DNA of 64,000 bases from Chloroflexota bacterium (GCA_029558955.1 JAKQCW010000180.1:1759-65758), one strand, 5' to 3'; positions 45,462 through 55,280 are shown, numbered from the stretch's first letter. Made by a program: numbers and translations. The notes: generated by a model not told the origin, from the letters alone.

Positions 45462-46276
45462 GGCGCGATCAGATACCAGAGCCAGGTCAGCAGCCGGCGC
45501 ACACCGAAGAACGCGCCCACGGCCAGGAAGATCGCCCCAGCAAACGAGGCGCCGCGCACGAAGGATGACCGAAGGGTGCTGGTCTCCACGGCGTCGCTCA
45601 ACGAGGGGCTGCCCGTGCTGGCGCTGGGCGTGTCGCTGCTGCTGTCCACGGCCGCTGTCTGCGCCTCCGGCGTCACGGTGGGAGAAGGCCGCGGCGTGGG
45701 GGTGGGGATATCCGGCTGCTCCACGGCCGCCGGGGTGGCTGTGGGCGGCGGCGTGGGGGTCACGACTCCTTCGATGGGCGGGGGCAGGGTGGCCTCCACG
45801 TCGAAGGCCGGCGTGTCGGTGGGCGTGGGGGTGGGGGGCGTGGTGTTGGCCACGACGACATTGCGCGCAAAGCCCTCGTCGTAGTTGCCATCCTGGCGCA
45901 CCACGCGCAGGCGCAGGCTGTAGTTGCCATCGGGCAGGCCGCCGGTTTCCCACGTGCCAAGGAAGCCATTGTTGACCTGCGAAGTTCCCGCCTGTCCTAT
46001 GAACTGCCAGTTCTCACCCGGTTCAACCGTATACCAAAGCTCGTAGCGATCAAAGGCAGGATGCAGGGCCGAGCCGGTGACCTGCACTGAGCCGCGCACC
46101 GACTGCCCACTCTGGGGCGAGGTGATCACCGCGGCCGAATCCTGCAGCAGCGGGCGGGCCGGTCCCACTGCCCCAACGGGCGCGGCCACAGCCAGCACGG
46201 CAACTATCGTCACGACAAGGAAAAGCCAGCCAGCCAGCCGGGCTGACCGCTGAAAAAACAAGCTATGCGCCATCAA
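45458..46276 (-). CDS. Secreted Ig-like domain protein with PT linker and C-terminal TM anchor
   Basis: VITSPQSGQSVRGSVQVTGSA..WETGGLPDGNYSLRLRVV, TP linker, TM then RR. Confidence 0.8.
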   Translation of the reverse strand: MMAHSLFFQRSARLAGWLFLVVTIVAVLAVAAPVGAVGPARPLLQDSAAVITSPQSGQSVRGSVQVTGSALHPAFDRYELWYTVEPGENWQFIGQAGTSQVNNGFLGTWETGGLPDGNYSLRLRVVRQDGNYDEGFARNVVVANTTPPTPTPTDTPAFDVEATLPPPIEGVVTPTPPPTATPAAVEQPDIPTPTPRPSPTVTPEAQTAAVDSSSDTPSASTGSPSLSDAVETSTLRSSFVRGASFAGAIFLAVGAFFGVRRLLTWLWYLIAP

Positions 46277-46320
46277 GCGACTCCCGTCGAATGCATATGT
46301 GTAGGTTGCTGCGTCCTGCG

Positions 46321-46357
46321 CAACAAAGGGGCAGGCTGTCCGGTGGACGGCCTGCCC
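46321..46357 (-). terminator. Probable intrinsic terminator
   Basis: GGGCAGGCTGTCC/GGACGGCCTGCCC stem followed on the minus strand by CTTTGTT. Confidence 0.55.
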
Positions 46358-46404
46358 GCGTCACGCAGCTAGTTTATCACAGGAAAGGGGTGATGACAAG
46401 AAGT

Positions 46405-47280
46405 GACTCGTAACTCGTAACTCGTAACTCGTAACCCGGAGTGTGTGGGGGGTGGGGGACTCGTAATGCGTAATGCGTAATGCGTAACCCGGAGTGTGTG
46501 GGGGGTGGGGGTTGTCTCTGAGTTGCGCGGAGGTGTGCGCGGCGATTCCATAGTTGGATGGAGTCGAGGCTTCAGCCGGGTCTGGACAGGAGATGGCGGA
46601 GGTGTGCGCGGCGATTCCATAGTTGGATGGAGTCGAGGCTTCAGCCGGGTCTGGACAGCAGATGGCGGAGGTGTACGCGGCGATTCCATAGTTGGATAGA
46701 GTCGAGGCTTCAGCCGGGTCTGGACAGGGGATGGCGGAGGTGTACGCGGCGATTCCATAGTTGGATGGAGTCGAGGCTTCAGCCGGGTCTGGACAGGAGA
46801 TGGCGGAGGTGTGCGCGGCGATTCCATAGTTGGATAGAGTCGAGGCTTCAGCCGGGTCTGGACAGCAGATGGCGGAGGTGTACGCGGCGATTCCATAGTT
46901 GGATGGAGTCGAGGCTTCAGCCGGGTCTGGACAGCAGATGGCGGAGGTGTGCGCGGCGATTCCATAGTTGGATGGAGTCGAGGCTTCAGCCGGGTCTGGA
47001 CGATGCGAGTTGAACGTGCCACTCCGGCTGAAGCCTCGACTCCAGTTTGAACGCCCCGCCTGAAGGCTCGACTCCAATTTGACCGCCATAACGCACGCCA
47101 CATACCCAAAGCCACCTCCCGCAGACTCCGGGTTACGCATTACGCATTACGCATCACTCGTCACATGCCACCCCGCCTGAAGGCTCGACTCCAATTTGAA
47201 CGCCATGACGCACGCCACATACCCAAAGCCACCTCCCGCAGACTCCGGGTTACGCATTACGCATTACGCATCACGAATCA
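46405..47280. repeat. Composite repeat island: heptamer arms flanking a 7 x 69-bp array of MITE-core half-sites and a ~117-bp duplication
   Basis: 69-bp units start at 46527 and each contains GGAGTCGAGGCTTCAGCCGGGTCTGGAC. The last unit completes the palindrome. Duplicated blocks start at 47054 and 47171. Confidence 0.9.
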
Positions 47281-48181
47281 CATCCAACACCGCCGGCATC
47301 ACGTGCGTCAGGTCGGTGATCGCGTCGGCGGCGCGCTGGCGGCCGGCGCCGATCAGCATCGTGGGCACCAGGTTCTCGGTGTGCCCTTTGGCGCGCAGGT
47401 CCTCGATGTTGCCGTGATCGCTGATGATGGCCACCAGCGTGTTCTCCAGGTCGACGGCGGCCAGCAGCCCGCCCAGGAAGGCGTCGATCTCCTCCAGCAC
47501 ACGCACGCTCTCGGCCAGCTTGCCGCCGTGGCCCGCCACGTCGGTGGCCCAGTTGTCAAAGAAGACCAGATCGTGGACGGCTGAGAGCCGCGCCAGCACC
47601 TGACCGGCCTCCCACGGCGTCCAAAGGGGCATGTCAGGGTAGCCCATGGCGCTGCGCCAGGCCGCGTTGGTCAGGTCCACGCTGAGCGCCTGGCCCGCGG
47701 CCAGGTCCCCGGCTGTGCGCAGCCGCAGGCCGGCCGCCTGCGCGGCCTGGGGGATGGCGCCGTGCAGCCGCTTGCCACGCGCCACCGCATCGAAGTAGCC
47801 CTGGGGATAGGCGTTGACAAAGGCCACGGTGCGCCCTTCCGCCACCAGCCGGGTGAAGAGCGTCGGCCCCTCCAGCATGGCGCGCAGCGCGGCGTTGGGC
47901 CGCGGCCCGAAATGCTCGCCCAGGATCAGCGGCGCGTTCCGGCCGGTCAACAGCGCGGTCTGGCCGGTGGCGCTCTGCGGCCGGCCCTTCACCCCCAGCC
48001 CGGCGTCGGTGGGGACCATGGACGCCCGGGGCGCGTCGATCCGTCCGCTGCCCGCGACCAGACGGCGCCCCCCCAGCGCGCCGGTCAAGACCGGCAAACG
48101 CGCCGCTGCCACTGGGTTGACCAGCGGATCATCCTCGCCCAGTCCAACGCCGTCCAGAAATACTATGGCTACTTTTGTCAT
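47264..48181 (-). CDS. Alkaline phosphatase-superfamily metalloenzyme (phosphoglycerate mutase/phosphopentomutase-like)
   Basis: FLDGVGLG, PQSATGQTALLTG, DVAGHGG, SDHGN, HTEN. Confidence 0.82.
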   Translation of the reverse strand: MTKVAIVFLDGVGLGEDDPLVNPVAAARLPVLTGALGGRRLVAGSGRIDAPRASMVPTDAGLGVKGRPQSATGQTALLTGRNAPLILGEHFGPRPNAALRAMLEGPTLFTRLVAEGRTVAFVNAYPQGYFDAVARGKRLHGAIPQAAQAAGLRLRTAGDLAAGQALSVDLTNAAWRSAMGYPDMPLWTPWEAGQVLARLSAVHDLVFFDNWATDVAGHGGKLAESVRVLEEIDAFLGGLLAAVDLENTLVAIISDHGNIEDLRAKGHTENLVPTMLIGAGRQRAADAITDLTHVMPAVLDVIRDA

Positions 48182-48195
48182 GGTGGGGGCCTATG

Positions 48196-48426
48196 GTGGG
48201 GCGTGATTCGTAACGAGTAACGAGTAACTCGTAACCCGGAATCGCGGGAGGAGTTTCCGTGGGGCGTGATTCGTAACGAGTAACGAGTAACTCGTAACCC
48301 GGAATCGCGGGAGGAGTTTCCGTGGGACGTGATTCGGTATGAGTAACGAGTAACTCGTAACCCGGAAACACTTCACACAAACTCCGGGTTACTCGTTACT
48401 CGTCACTCGTTACTCGTCACTCGTCA
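48196..48426. repeat. 63-bp tandem units with heptamer arms
   Basis: Units at 48196, 48259 and 48322, then CCGGGTTACTCG(TTACTCG/TCACTCG)n. Confidence 0.85.
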
Positions 48427-49220
48427 CGCTCAAAAACCTGCCCGATGAAGTTCTGCAGCACCTGGGCGAAGGCCGCGGGACGTTCGAGCATGGGGCTGTG
48501 GCCGCAGCCGCGCAGTACTTCCAGATGGTTGGCGCCGGGAATCGAAAGCAGCAGCTCGGTCTGCCCCGCCCGTGCGACGATCTGATCGCGGTCGCCCCAG
48601 ATCAGCAGTGTGGGCAGGCGGAGCTGTTGCAGATCGGCCCGCTCGACGCGCCATTGCTCCAGCGCCCAGGCCGGCGCGGTGAACGCGGTCGCGGCCTGGC
48701 CCTGCGCGTCCTCCACCAGGCTCTGGAAGAAGGCATCGGGGGCGTGGGCCGGCATGATGCTGGCCAGGGCCTGCGCCAACAGGCCGCGGTCGGTGCGCAT
48801 CTGTTTCAGCAGGGCATAGCCCTCTGGCGGCGTCGGCGTGCCCTGAGGCGATGGCGTGCTGACCAGCGTCAGCGAGCGCAGCCGGCCGGGATGGGCCAAC
48901 AGATAGGAGAGGGCCACGGCCGCACCCAGGGAATGCCCCACCAGATGGAGATTCCACAGGTCCAGGCCGTCGATCAGCTCGGCGATGACGCCGGCCAGCG
49001 CTTCCACGGCGTAGCTGGCCGGCGCCTCGGTGCGATCCGAGCGGCCGCAGCCGGGCAGATCGGGCGCGTAGGCGGTGAACTGTTCCGACGGCAACAGCGC
49101 CAGGGTTGGCTGCCACCACCGGCTGGTGGCAAAAGCGCCGTGCAGCAGCAGCACCGGCTGCGGGCCGGCGCTGCTGCGCTCGTAGTAGAGGCGATGTTGC
49201 GAGGTGTCCAGGTAGGGCAT
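48417..49220 (-). CDS. Alpha/beta fold hydrolase
   Basis: LLLHG, DLPGCGRS, GHSLG, GHSPMLE. Confidence 0.9.
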   Translation of the reverse strand: MPYLDTSQHRLYYERSSAGPQPVLLLHGAFATSRWWQPTLALLPSEQFTAYAPDLPGCGRSDRTEAPASYAVEALAGVIAELIDGLDLWNLHLVGHSLGAAVALSYLLAHPGRLRSLTLVSTPSPQGTPTPPEGYALLKQMRTDRGLLAQALASIMPAHAPDAFFQSLVEDAQGQAATAFTAPAWALEQWRVERADLQQLRLPTLLIWGDRDQIVARAGQTELLLSIPGANHLEVLRGCGHSPMLERPAAFAQVLQNFIGQVFERDE

Positions 49221-49221
49221 G

Positions 49222-49965
49222 TTATGACAAACTCATCAGGAAGCTGTGCATCAGCGGCGCAAACTGCTCCGGCGCCTCGATGTGCGGAGAATGGCCCAGG
49301 CCGGGCAAGACGATCAGCTCGCCGCGGGTGCGCTGGGCGATCATGGCCGAATGCGCCACGGAGAAATAGGGATCGTCCGCGCCGTGTACCACCAGCACCG
49401 GGCAGCGCACCTGCGCCAGCTCGGCCGAAACATCCCAGCTCCAGAAAAGGGGGTCGCGCCAACGGTCATGCCAACGCTGCACCACCTGCCGGCCGCGGCC
49501 GGCATGGTTGCGCTCCAGCGCGGCCAACAGCGGCGGCGACTGTTCCAGCTCCGCCACGAAGGCGGCGACCGCGTCAGGGCAGCGGGGAACCTCGACCGCG
49601 ACATGCGGCGACTCGGCCAGGACGCCGGCGACCCGCTGCGGATGGCGCGCGGCCGCCAGCAGGGCAATAGCCGCGCCGTCGCTGTGGCCCACCAGCGCCG
49701 CGCGGCCGATCTCCAGCGCGTCCAGCAGGGCGATCAGATCCGCCACATCCTGATCGAGATAGTCCAACGGCCAGGCCTCCAGCCACTGCGACTGGCCAAA
49801 GCCGGGCCGGTCATAGGCGGTCACGCGGTGCGTGGCGGCCAGGAGGGGGCTTTGCCGGCGCCAGTTGCGCGCGCTGCCGGTGGCGTGGTGCAACAGAACC
49901 ACCTCCCGGCCCGCGCCGGCCTGCTGATAGTGGATGGCCGTGGGGCCCAGTTGACAGATCGCCAC
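49222..49965 (-). CDS. Alpha/beta fold hydrolase
   Basis: YDRPGFGQS, GHSDGA, HGADD, GHSPHIE. Start GTG 49965 or ATG 49989. Confidence 0.88.
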   Translation of the reverse strand: MAICQLGPTAIHYQQAGAGREVVLLHHATGSARNWRRQSPLLAATHRVTAYDRPGFGQSQWLEAWPLDYLDQDVADLIALLDALEIGRAALVGHSDGAAIALLAAARHPQRVAGVLAESPHVAVEVPRCPDAVAAFVAELEQSPPLLAALERNHAGRGRQVVQRWHDRWRDPLFWSWDVSAELAQVRCPVLVVHGADDPYFSVAHSAMIAQRTRGELIVLPGLGHSPHIEAPEQFAPLMHSFLMSLS

Positions 49966-49972
49966 GGTGTGC

Positions 49973-51226
49973 TCAGTACTCCGCCCCATCGGCTTGCAGG
50001 AAGGTCACGCAAAAGGTGGAGCCCTGGCCCTCCTGACTCTCGAACCAGAAGCGGCCGCCGTGCAGTTGAACCAGCGATTTGGTGATGTACAGGCCCAGGC
50101 CGACGCCGCGGGTGTCCACCTGGTTGGCGGTGCGAGCGCGGAAGAAGAGCGTGCCCAACTGAGCCTGCTGATCGGCAGGAATGCCGACGCCGCTGTCGCG
50201 CACGGTGATCTGCAGCTCGCCGGGCTCCGCGGCCAGGCCCACCGCCAGCTCAATGGCGCCGCCGACGGGCGTATACTTGGACGCGTTGCCCAACAGATTG
50301 CTCAGAATCTGGAACACCCGCGTCTCGTCGCACAGCGCGGCGGGCAGGTTGGGGGCCATCGTGACCGTCAGGCTTTGGCGTCGAGTCTCCAGCAGAGTAC
50401 GAAATTCCTTGGCGACAGCTCGCACCAAATCCCCCAGATCCAGCGCTTGCAGAACTAACTCCATGCGGCTGGCCTCCAGGCGCGTCAGGTCCAGCAGGTT
50501 GTTGACGATTTCCAGCAGCCGATCGCCGCCCTGTCGCAGCGTTTCCAGGCTCTCGCGCTGGGCGTCGTTCAGCTCGCCCAGGGTTTCCGCCAACAAAAGA
50601 TCGGCGTAGCCGCGCATCACGGTCAGCGGCGTGCGCAGCTCGTGGGCCGCCATGGAGACGAATGTGCTCCTGACATCGGCCAGCTTGCTCAGCTCCTGAT
50701 TGGCAGCCGCCAGATCCCGGTTGGCTTTGTCCAGTGCGCTGGCCTTCAACTGCAGCTCGTTGCGGCTCTGCATCAGCCGCTGATGCAGCTCGCCGACGGA
50801 AGTGATGTCCTCCAGGAAAATGAGAAGACCGGCCGGCGCGCCGGCGTCTGGCAGCGATGGGCCGGGGGTTAGCCCGCTGGCGCGGCCAGCGACTGCGTCA
50901 GGCATCGCCGCGGGCCTGCGACGCGCCAACAGGCGGTAATAGCGGGTGGCGCCATCCTCCGCCGAGCGGCTGAAAAGCTGGAGCTGCAGCCGGTCCTGCC
51001 GCCCGGCCAGCAGATCGTCCAGCTCAGCCTCGTAGCCGATCAGCTCAGGCATGATCTCCAAGAGACCCTGGCCCGCGGCGGGCGCGACGTAGACGCCGAT
51101 GAGGGCCGCGGGATCGTGGAACTGCTCGACCCGCAGTTGGCCGTCGGTCACGGCATAGGCCAGGGTGCGCTCCTCCAGGATCGCCGTCAAAATCGGCAGG
51201 CTGCTGGTCAACCGGTCAGGCGTCAT
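49973..51226 (-). CDS. Cytoplasmic sensor histidine kinase (PAS-like, coiled coil, HisKA, HATPase)
   Basis: AAHELRTPL, NLLGNASKYT, DSGVGI, GLGLYI. No TM segment seen. Confidence 0.93.
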   Translation of the reverse strand: MTPDRLTSSLPILTAILEERTLAYAVTDGQLRVEQFHDPAALIGVYVAPAAGQGLLEIMPELIGYEAELDDLLAGRQDRLQLQLFSRSAEDGATRYYRLLARRRPAAMPDAVAGRASGLTPGPSLPDAGAPAGLLIFLEDITSVGELHQRLMQSRNELQLKASALDKANRDLAAANQELSKLADVRSTFVSMAAHELRTPLTVMRGYADLLLAETLGELNDAQRESLETLRQGGDRLLEIVNNLLDLTRLEASRMELVLQALDLGDLVRAVAKEFRTLLETRRQSLTVTMAPNLPAALCDETRVFQILSNLLGNASKYTPVGGAIELAVGLAAEPGELQITVRDSGVGIPADQQAQLGTLFFRARTANQVDTRGVGLGLYITKSLVQLHGGRFWFESQEGQGSTFCVTFLQADGAEY

Positions 51227-51749
51227 GCTCCACCATGATTCGTCCCAGGTGACGAAACGCGTTTTCGACCTCCTGGCCGCTCAGCGCGCTGGTCAGATAG
51301 AGGGGGGCAGCCAGCGCCTCGGCCAGCGCCTGGATCTGCTGCACGAGCACCTGATCCTCGTCGCTGTCGCCCAGCAGATCGGCCTTGTTGGCCGCCAACA
51401 GCAACGGCGGGCGCGGCCCTACCCGATCAAGGTCGCTCACATAGCGGGAGAGCGCGTCGAAAGTTTCCGGCCGGGTCAGATCGCCCACCAGCATCACCGC
51501 TGAGGCGCCGCGCAGATAGCTGGCCCACATGTGGGTGAACTCCTCGCTGCCGGCCAGATCCCACAGCATGATGGTCAATTCGACCAGATCCTGCTCGCGC
51601 GCGACGGTGATAATCTTGCGGCTGACCTTGACGCCGATGGTGCTCAGATATTTGTCGTCGAACAGGTCATAGACGAATCTGCGCACCAGGCTGGTCTTGC
51701 CGACTGCAAAATCCCCCAACAGACAGATCTTCTTGCTCAGCGTAAGCAC
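51216..51749 (-). CDS. Small Ras/Rab-like GTPase
   Basis: G1 GDFAVGKT, G2 YLSTIG, G3 WDLAG, G4 NKAD, G5 TSA. Confidence 0.93.
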   Translation of the reverse strand: MLTLSKKICLLGDFAVGKTSLVRRFVYDLFDDKYLSTIGVKVSRKIITVAREQDLVELTIMLWDLAGSEEFTHMWASYLRGASAVMLVGDLTRPETFDALSRYVSDLDRVGPRPPLLLAANKADLLGDSDEDQVLVQQIQALAEALAAPLYLTSALSGQEVENAFRHLGRIMVEHDA

Positions 51750-51790
51750 TGATCACCCTTTCTCTGGCCCGCAACGACCGGCGCGGGCAC

Positions 51791-51914
51791 GCGAATTGAG
51801 TAGGCCGCCGTATCGAAATCCGCGAATTGAGTAGGCCGCCGTATCGAAATCCGTGGATTGAGTAGGCCGCCGTATCGAAATCCGTGGATTGAGTAGGCCG
51901 CCGTATCGAAATCC
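51791..51914. repeat. REP-like family A tandem, 4 x 31 bp
   Basis: (GCGA/GTGG)ATTGAGTAGGCCGCCGTATCGAAATCC at 51791, 51822, 51853 and 51884. Confidence 0.9.
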
Positions 51915-51951
51915 GTGGGCCTCGGCCAAGGCCCGGAGCGCCGAAGCCGGC

Positions 51952-53340
51952 TCAGGGCGCGGCCTCGGCCGGCAGGAGATAGGCGGCCGCGATCCAGCCG
52001 CTGCTGCCGTCGGAGAAGCAACAGACCTGCGCCCAGGCCTGGTCTCGGGTGCGCGCCACCAGGTCAAAGAATGTGCCTGGCTCTGCCACCGATTTGACGG
52101 GATACTCCAGGCCCGGCCCGGCGCGCACATTGACGCGCACGTCGCTGACGGCAACCCGGGCGATCGGCGTGGGCGTCGGGATGGCGGCGACGGTGGCCGT
52201 GGCGCCGACGGTGGGGGTGGCGGTCGCCAAAGGCGTGGGCAGCGTGGTTGCGGTTGCTGTGGGTGTGGGGGTGGCGCTGGGACGGATGGCCTCGGTGGGG
52301 ATGGCCGTCGGCGCCGGGGTAGACGCGGCCGTCACATAGATCACCAACGGCGTTGGCTGGGGACGGCTCACCGCCCGCACCAGCCACCAGCCGCCCAGGC
52401 AAGCCGCCAACACGCAACTGCCCAACAGCACGGCCACGCCGGCCAGCGCGCCCTTCTGGCCGCGGGTGAGTTCGACGGCTGGCTGGCGCTGCGCATCGGC
52501 CGCGCCCAGGCTGGTCAGCGATGCGTCCAGCACGGCAAAGGGGGCGGCGTCCCCCTGATACCGGTGCAGCAGATGGCGATAGCGGCTCTGGATGTCGATG
52601 GCCAGGCCGCGCAGTTGAGCCCTGAAGCCAGGCGGCTCCACGCCTTCGACCACGGCAGCCAAGTAGACCAGCTCAGCCGCCTCGATCAGGATGCGCTGCT
52701 GGCCGTAGTCAATGGCTGCCAGCTCGCCGCTCTGGCCGTGGCCAAAGGCGTCGGAGGCGAAGTCGCGAATGGCGGTCAACATGCCGCTGACCAGGTCACG
52801 ATCGTCGGCCGCCGGGCCGCTCAGCGTGACATGGCGCAGCAGCAGGCCGCTGGCGCGATGGATCGCGAAGACCTCGAGCACCTCGAAGGGCAGTGCATCG
52901 CGCAGCGCCAGCTCGGCGTCAGAAACGCCTGTGACACGGGCTTTGATCCGCCGAACTATGCTTCTGGGGGCGATGGTGGAACGGATGCGGGCGTCCACCG
53001 CGGCCGCCAGCTCCTGCATCGCCTCGCGCACCGACCGCACCACCGTCTGACCGATGATGGGGTAGAGCACCTCGATCATCTCCTCCCGGCGCTGCTGGAT
53101 CTCGTCGCGCAGCGCTCCTTCCAACGAGGGGGCGATGATGGCGGCCAGGGCGTCCTTGTCGGCCAGAAGCTGTTGCAGGTCGCCAACGGTGGCATCCAGC
53201 TCAGCCAGGCGTCCCTGTTCCTCGCCCAGCAGGATGCAGCGCAGTTCCTCCAACTCCAGAGGCTGCGCCGCGGGGGAGGGAGACGCGTCAACAGCGGCCG
53301 ACGGGCCGTCCGGCCCCGGCGGTAAATACTCCGGGCTCAC
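51952..53340 (-). CDS. Single-pass membrane protein: conserved cytoplasmic domain, TM, PT linker, C-terminal SH3b
   Basis: EMIEVLYPIIGQTV, EVFAIHRASGLLL, DRDLVSGMLTAIRDF, a TM segment, then VNVRAGPGLEYPV (SH3b). Confidence 0.8.
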   Translation of the reverse strand: MSPEYLPPGPDGPSAAVDASPSPAAQPLELEELRCILLGEEQGRLAELDATVGDLQQLLADKDALAAIIAPSLEGALRDEIQQRREEMIEVLYPIIGQTVVRSVREAMQELAAAVDARIRSTIAPRSIVRRIKARVTGVSDAELALRDALPFEVLEVFAIHRASGLLLRHVTLSGPAADDRDLVSGMLTAIRDFASDAFGHGQSGELAAIDYGQQRILIEAAELVYLAAVVEGVEPPGFRAQLRGLAIDIQSRYRHLLHRYQGDAAPFAVLDASLTSLGAADAQRQPAVELTRGQKGALAGVAVLLGSCVLAACLGGWWLVRAVSRPQPTPLVIYVTAASTPAPTAIPTEAIRPSATPTPTATATTLPTPLATATPTVGATATVAAIPTPTPIARVAVSDVRVNVRAGPGLEYPVKSVAEPGTFFDLVARTRDQAWAQVCCFSDGSSGWIAAAYLLPAEAAP

Positions 53341-53350
53341 CGCTCGGACT

Positions 53351-53977
53351 CTATTCGACCGCCGCCGGCAGGCTGGTCAGCAGCTCGTCCAGGCTGACAG
53401 CGCTGCCGCCGCCGATCAGTTGGTCGCCGATCTCAATCAGCATCTGGCCCAGGGATTGGCGATCAGCCTTGTCGTGGGTCAGCTTTTCGACCATCTCGCG
53501 CAGCTCACGGCGCAGGTCATCATCGCGCTCGCGCGTTTCGCGCTGCAGCGTCTGGAGCTTCTTGGCCAGGGCGGCATCCAACGCGGCCAACTGCTTGTCA
53601 TGCCGGTCGGTCTCCTGGCTGAGCTTGAGCGCCTGGGCCGCGCCCTGTTGCTCCAGCCGCCCGGCCACTTCTTCGAGGCGGCCATGAAGCCTGCCGCTCT
53701 CCTCAGCCGCCTTGCCAGCCAGGCGTTGATCCTGCTCGGCCAACAGCCTGCTGAAACGCTCCACCTGGCTGTCCAGGCTGCTCGTCTGACTGTCGGCCTG
53801 CTCGTGCAACTGCTCGGTCAGTTGGTCGATCGACTTTTGCAGGCGTTCGACATCGCGCTGCAAGAGCTGAAAACGCTGATCGTATTCGCGCATTTGGGGG
53901 CCAAGCAGGATATCGCGCACCCGCGTGATGTCCTGTGCGCCGGCTGCTGGCTGAGAGGATGAGGACTTCGTGGCCAT
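53351..53977 (-). CDS. Coiled-coil protein
   Basis: ITRVRDILLGPQMREYDQRF followed by heptad-rich E/Q/L sequence. Confidence 0.8.
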   Translation of the reverse strand: MATKSSSSQPAAGAQDITRVRDILLGPQMREYDQRFQLLQRDVERLQKSIDQLTEQLHEQADSQTSSLDSQVERFSRLLAEQDQRLAGKAAEESGRLHGRLEEVAGRLEQQGAAQALKLSQETDRHDKQLAALDAALAKKLQTLQRETRERDDDLRRELREMVEKLTHDKADRQSLGQMLIEIGDQLIGGGSAVSLDELLTSLPAAVE

Positions 53978-54014
53978 GGACAGACTCCTTGTGTGACGAT
54001 GTGAGCGACCAGAG

Positions 54015-54071
54015 GAAAAAGAAACGGGCGCATCTCCCGGTGATTGTACCAGATGATGCGCCCGTTGGCAA
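54015..54071 (-). terminator. Thiolase terminator containing the promoter of the GTPase operon
   Basis: 12-bp stem (54023-54034 / 54055-54066) then TCTTTTT on the minus strand. TTGCCA (54071-54066)-17-TACAAT (54048-54043, in the loop). Confidence 0.65.
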
Positions 54072-54089
54072 TGCGGGAAGTCGCAAAGG

Positions 54090-55280
54090 TCAATCCAGCA
54101 TCTCTACGCTCAGCGCGACGCCCTCGCCGCCGCCCAGGCAGAGGGTGGCCAGGCCGGTCTTGAGCTGATGGTGCTGCAACGCGTACAGCAGCGTGACCAG
54201 AACGCGCGCGCCGGAGCAGCCGATGGGATGGCCCAGCGCCACCGCGCCGCCGTTGACGTTGACCTTGTCCCAGTCCATGCCCAGAGTGCGGCCATCGGCG
54301 ATGGTCTGGGCGGCGAAGGCCTCGTTGACCTCGATCAGGTCGAAGTGGTCGATGCCGACGCCCAGCCGGTCCATCAAACGCCGCACGGCGAAGATCGGCG
54401 CGGCGAAGATTTCCAACGGCTTGACCGCGGCCTGGGCATAGGCTGTGACGCGCGCCAGCGGTTTGAGCCCCAGCTCGGCCGCCTTCTGGCCGCTCATGAC
54501 CACCAGCGCGGCCGCGCCGTCGCTGATGGGGGGAGCGTTGCCGGCCGTCACCGTGCCGCCGGCCTCGAAGGCGGGCTTGAGCTTGGCCAGCGCCTCCAGA
54601 CTGCTGTCGCGGCGGGGGGTCTCGTCGGCGTCGAAGAGCAGGGGCGGCCCCTTGCGCTGCGCGATGGGCACCGGCGCGATCTCGGCCTTGAAACGGCCGG
54701 CGTCGATGGCGGCCACGGCGCGCTGATGGCTGCGCAGCGCCAGCTCATCCTGATCCTGGCGGGAAACGCCGTACTCGCGCGCAATCCACTCGGCCGAGCT
54801 GCCCATGTGATGATGCTCGAAGGCGCACCACAGGCCGTCGTGGATCATGCCGTCGATCATCTCGGCGTTGCCCATGCGATAGCCGGTGCGCGCCTTGGTG
54901 AGATAGTAGGGGGCCAGGTTCATGTTCTCCATGCCGCCGGCCACGAACACGTCGCCATCGCCAGAGCGGATCGCCTGGGCGGCCATCATCACCGCCTTGA
55001 GGCCGGAGCCGCAGATCTTGTTGATGGTGGTGGCGCCGACGCTGACCGGCAGGCCGCCGGCGATGCCGGCCTGGCGGGCTGGAGCCTGACCTTCGCCCGC
55101 CTGCACCACATTGCCCATCAAGACCTCCTCCACCAGCGCGCCGTCGATGCCGGCCCGCTCGATGGCGGCCTTGATGGCCACACCTCCCAGCTCGACAGCC
55201 GGGATGGCGCTCAATGCCCCTTGAAAACGGCCAATGGGCGTGCGTGCGCCGCTTACGATGACAACTTCGGGATAGCTCAT
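54090..55280 (-). CDS. atoB: Acetyl-CoA C-acetyltransferase (thiolase)
   Basis: [38 protein letters not shown]-17-TAAATT promoter at 55375-55347. Confidence 0.93.
   Translation of the reverse strand: MSYPEVVIVSGARTPIGRFQGALSAIPAVELGGVAIKAAIERAGIDGALVEEVLMGNVVQAGEGQAPARQAGIAGGLPVSVGATTINKICGSGLKAVMMAAQAIRSGDGDVFVAGGMENMNLAPYYLTKARTGYRMGNAEMIDGMIHDGLWCAFEHHHMGSSAEWIAREYGVSRQDQDELALRSHQRAVAAIDAGRFKAEIAPVPIAQRKGPPLLFDADETPRRDSSLEALAKLKPAFEAGGTVTAGNAPPISDGAAALVVMSGQKAAELGLKPLARVTAYAQAAVKPLEIFAAPIFAVRRLMDRLGVGIDHFDLIEVNEAFAAQTIADGRTLGMDWDKVNVNGGAVALGHPIGCSGARVLVTLLYALQHHQLKTGLATLCLGGGEGVALSVEMLD

Noticed and set aside
44817-45953. 378-aa extended Pth
   Set aside because: The extension overlaps the real upstream gene (45458-46276) in another frame. 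Pth homology starts at GTG 45461.
46361-47140. Repeat-protein CDSs (259 aa and 248 aa, minus strand; 151 aa, plus strand)
   Set aside because: The ORFs are by-products of a 69-bp DNA satellite and heptamer runs, are open in several frames, and have no RBS or family signal.
51753-52154. Short ORFs with 'ISIRRPTQ' or 'GFRYGGLLN' repeats (also 21209-21628 and 61722-62063)
   Set aside because: They are translations of family A tandem repeats.
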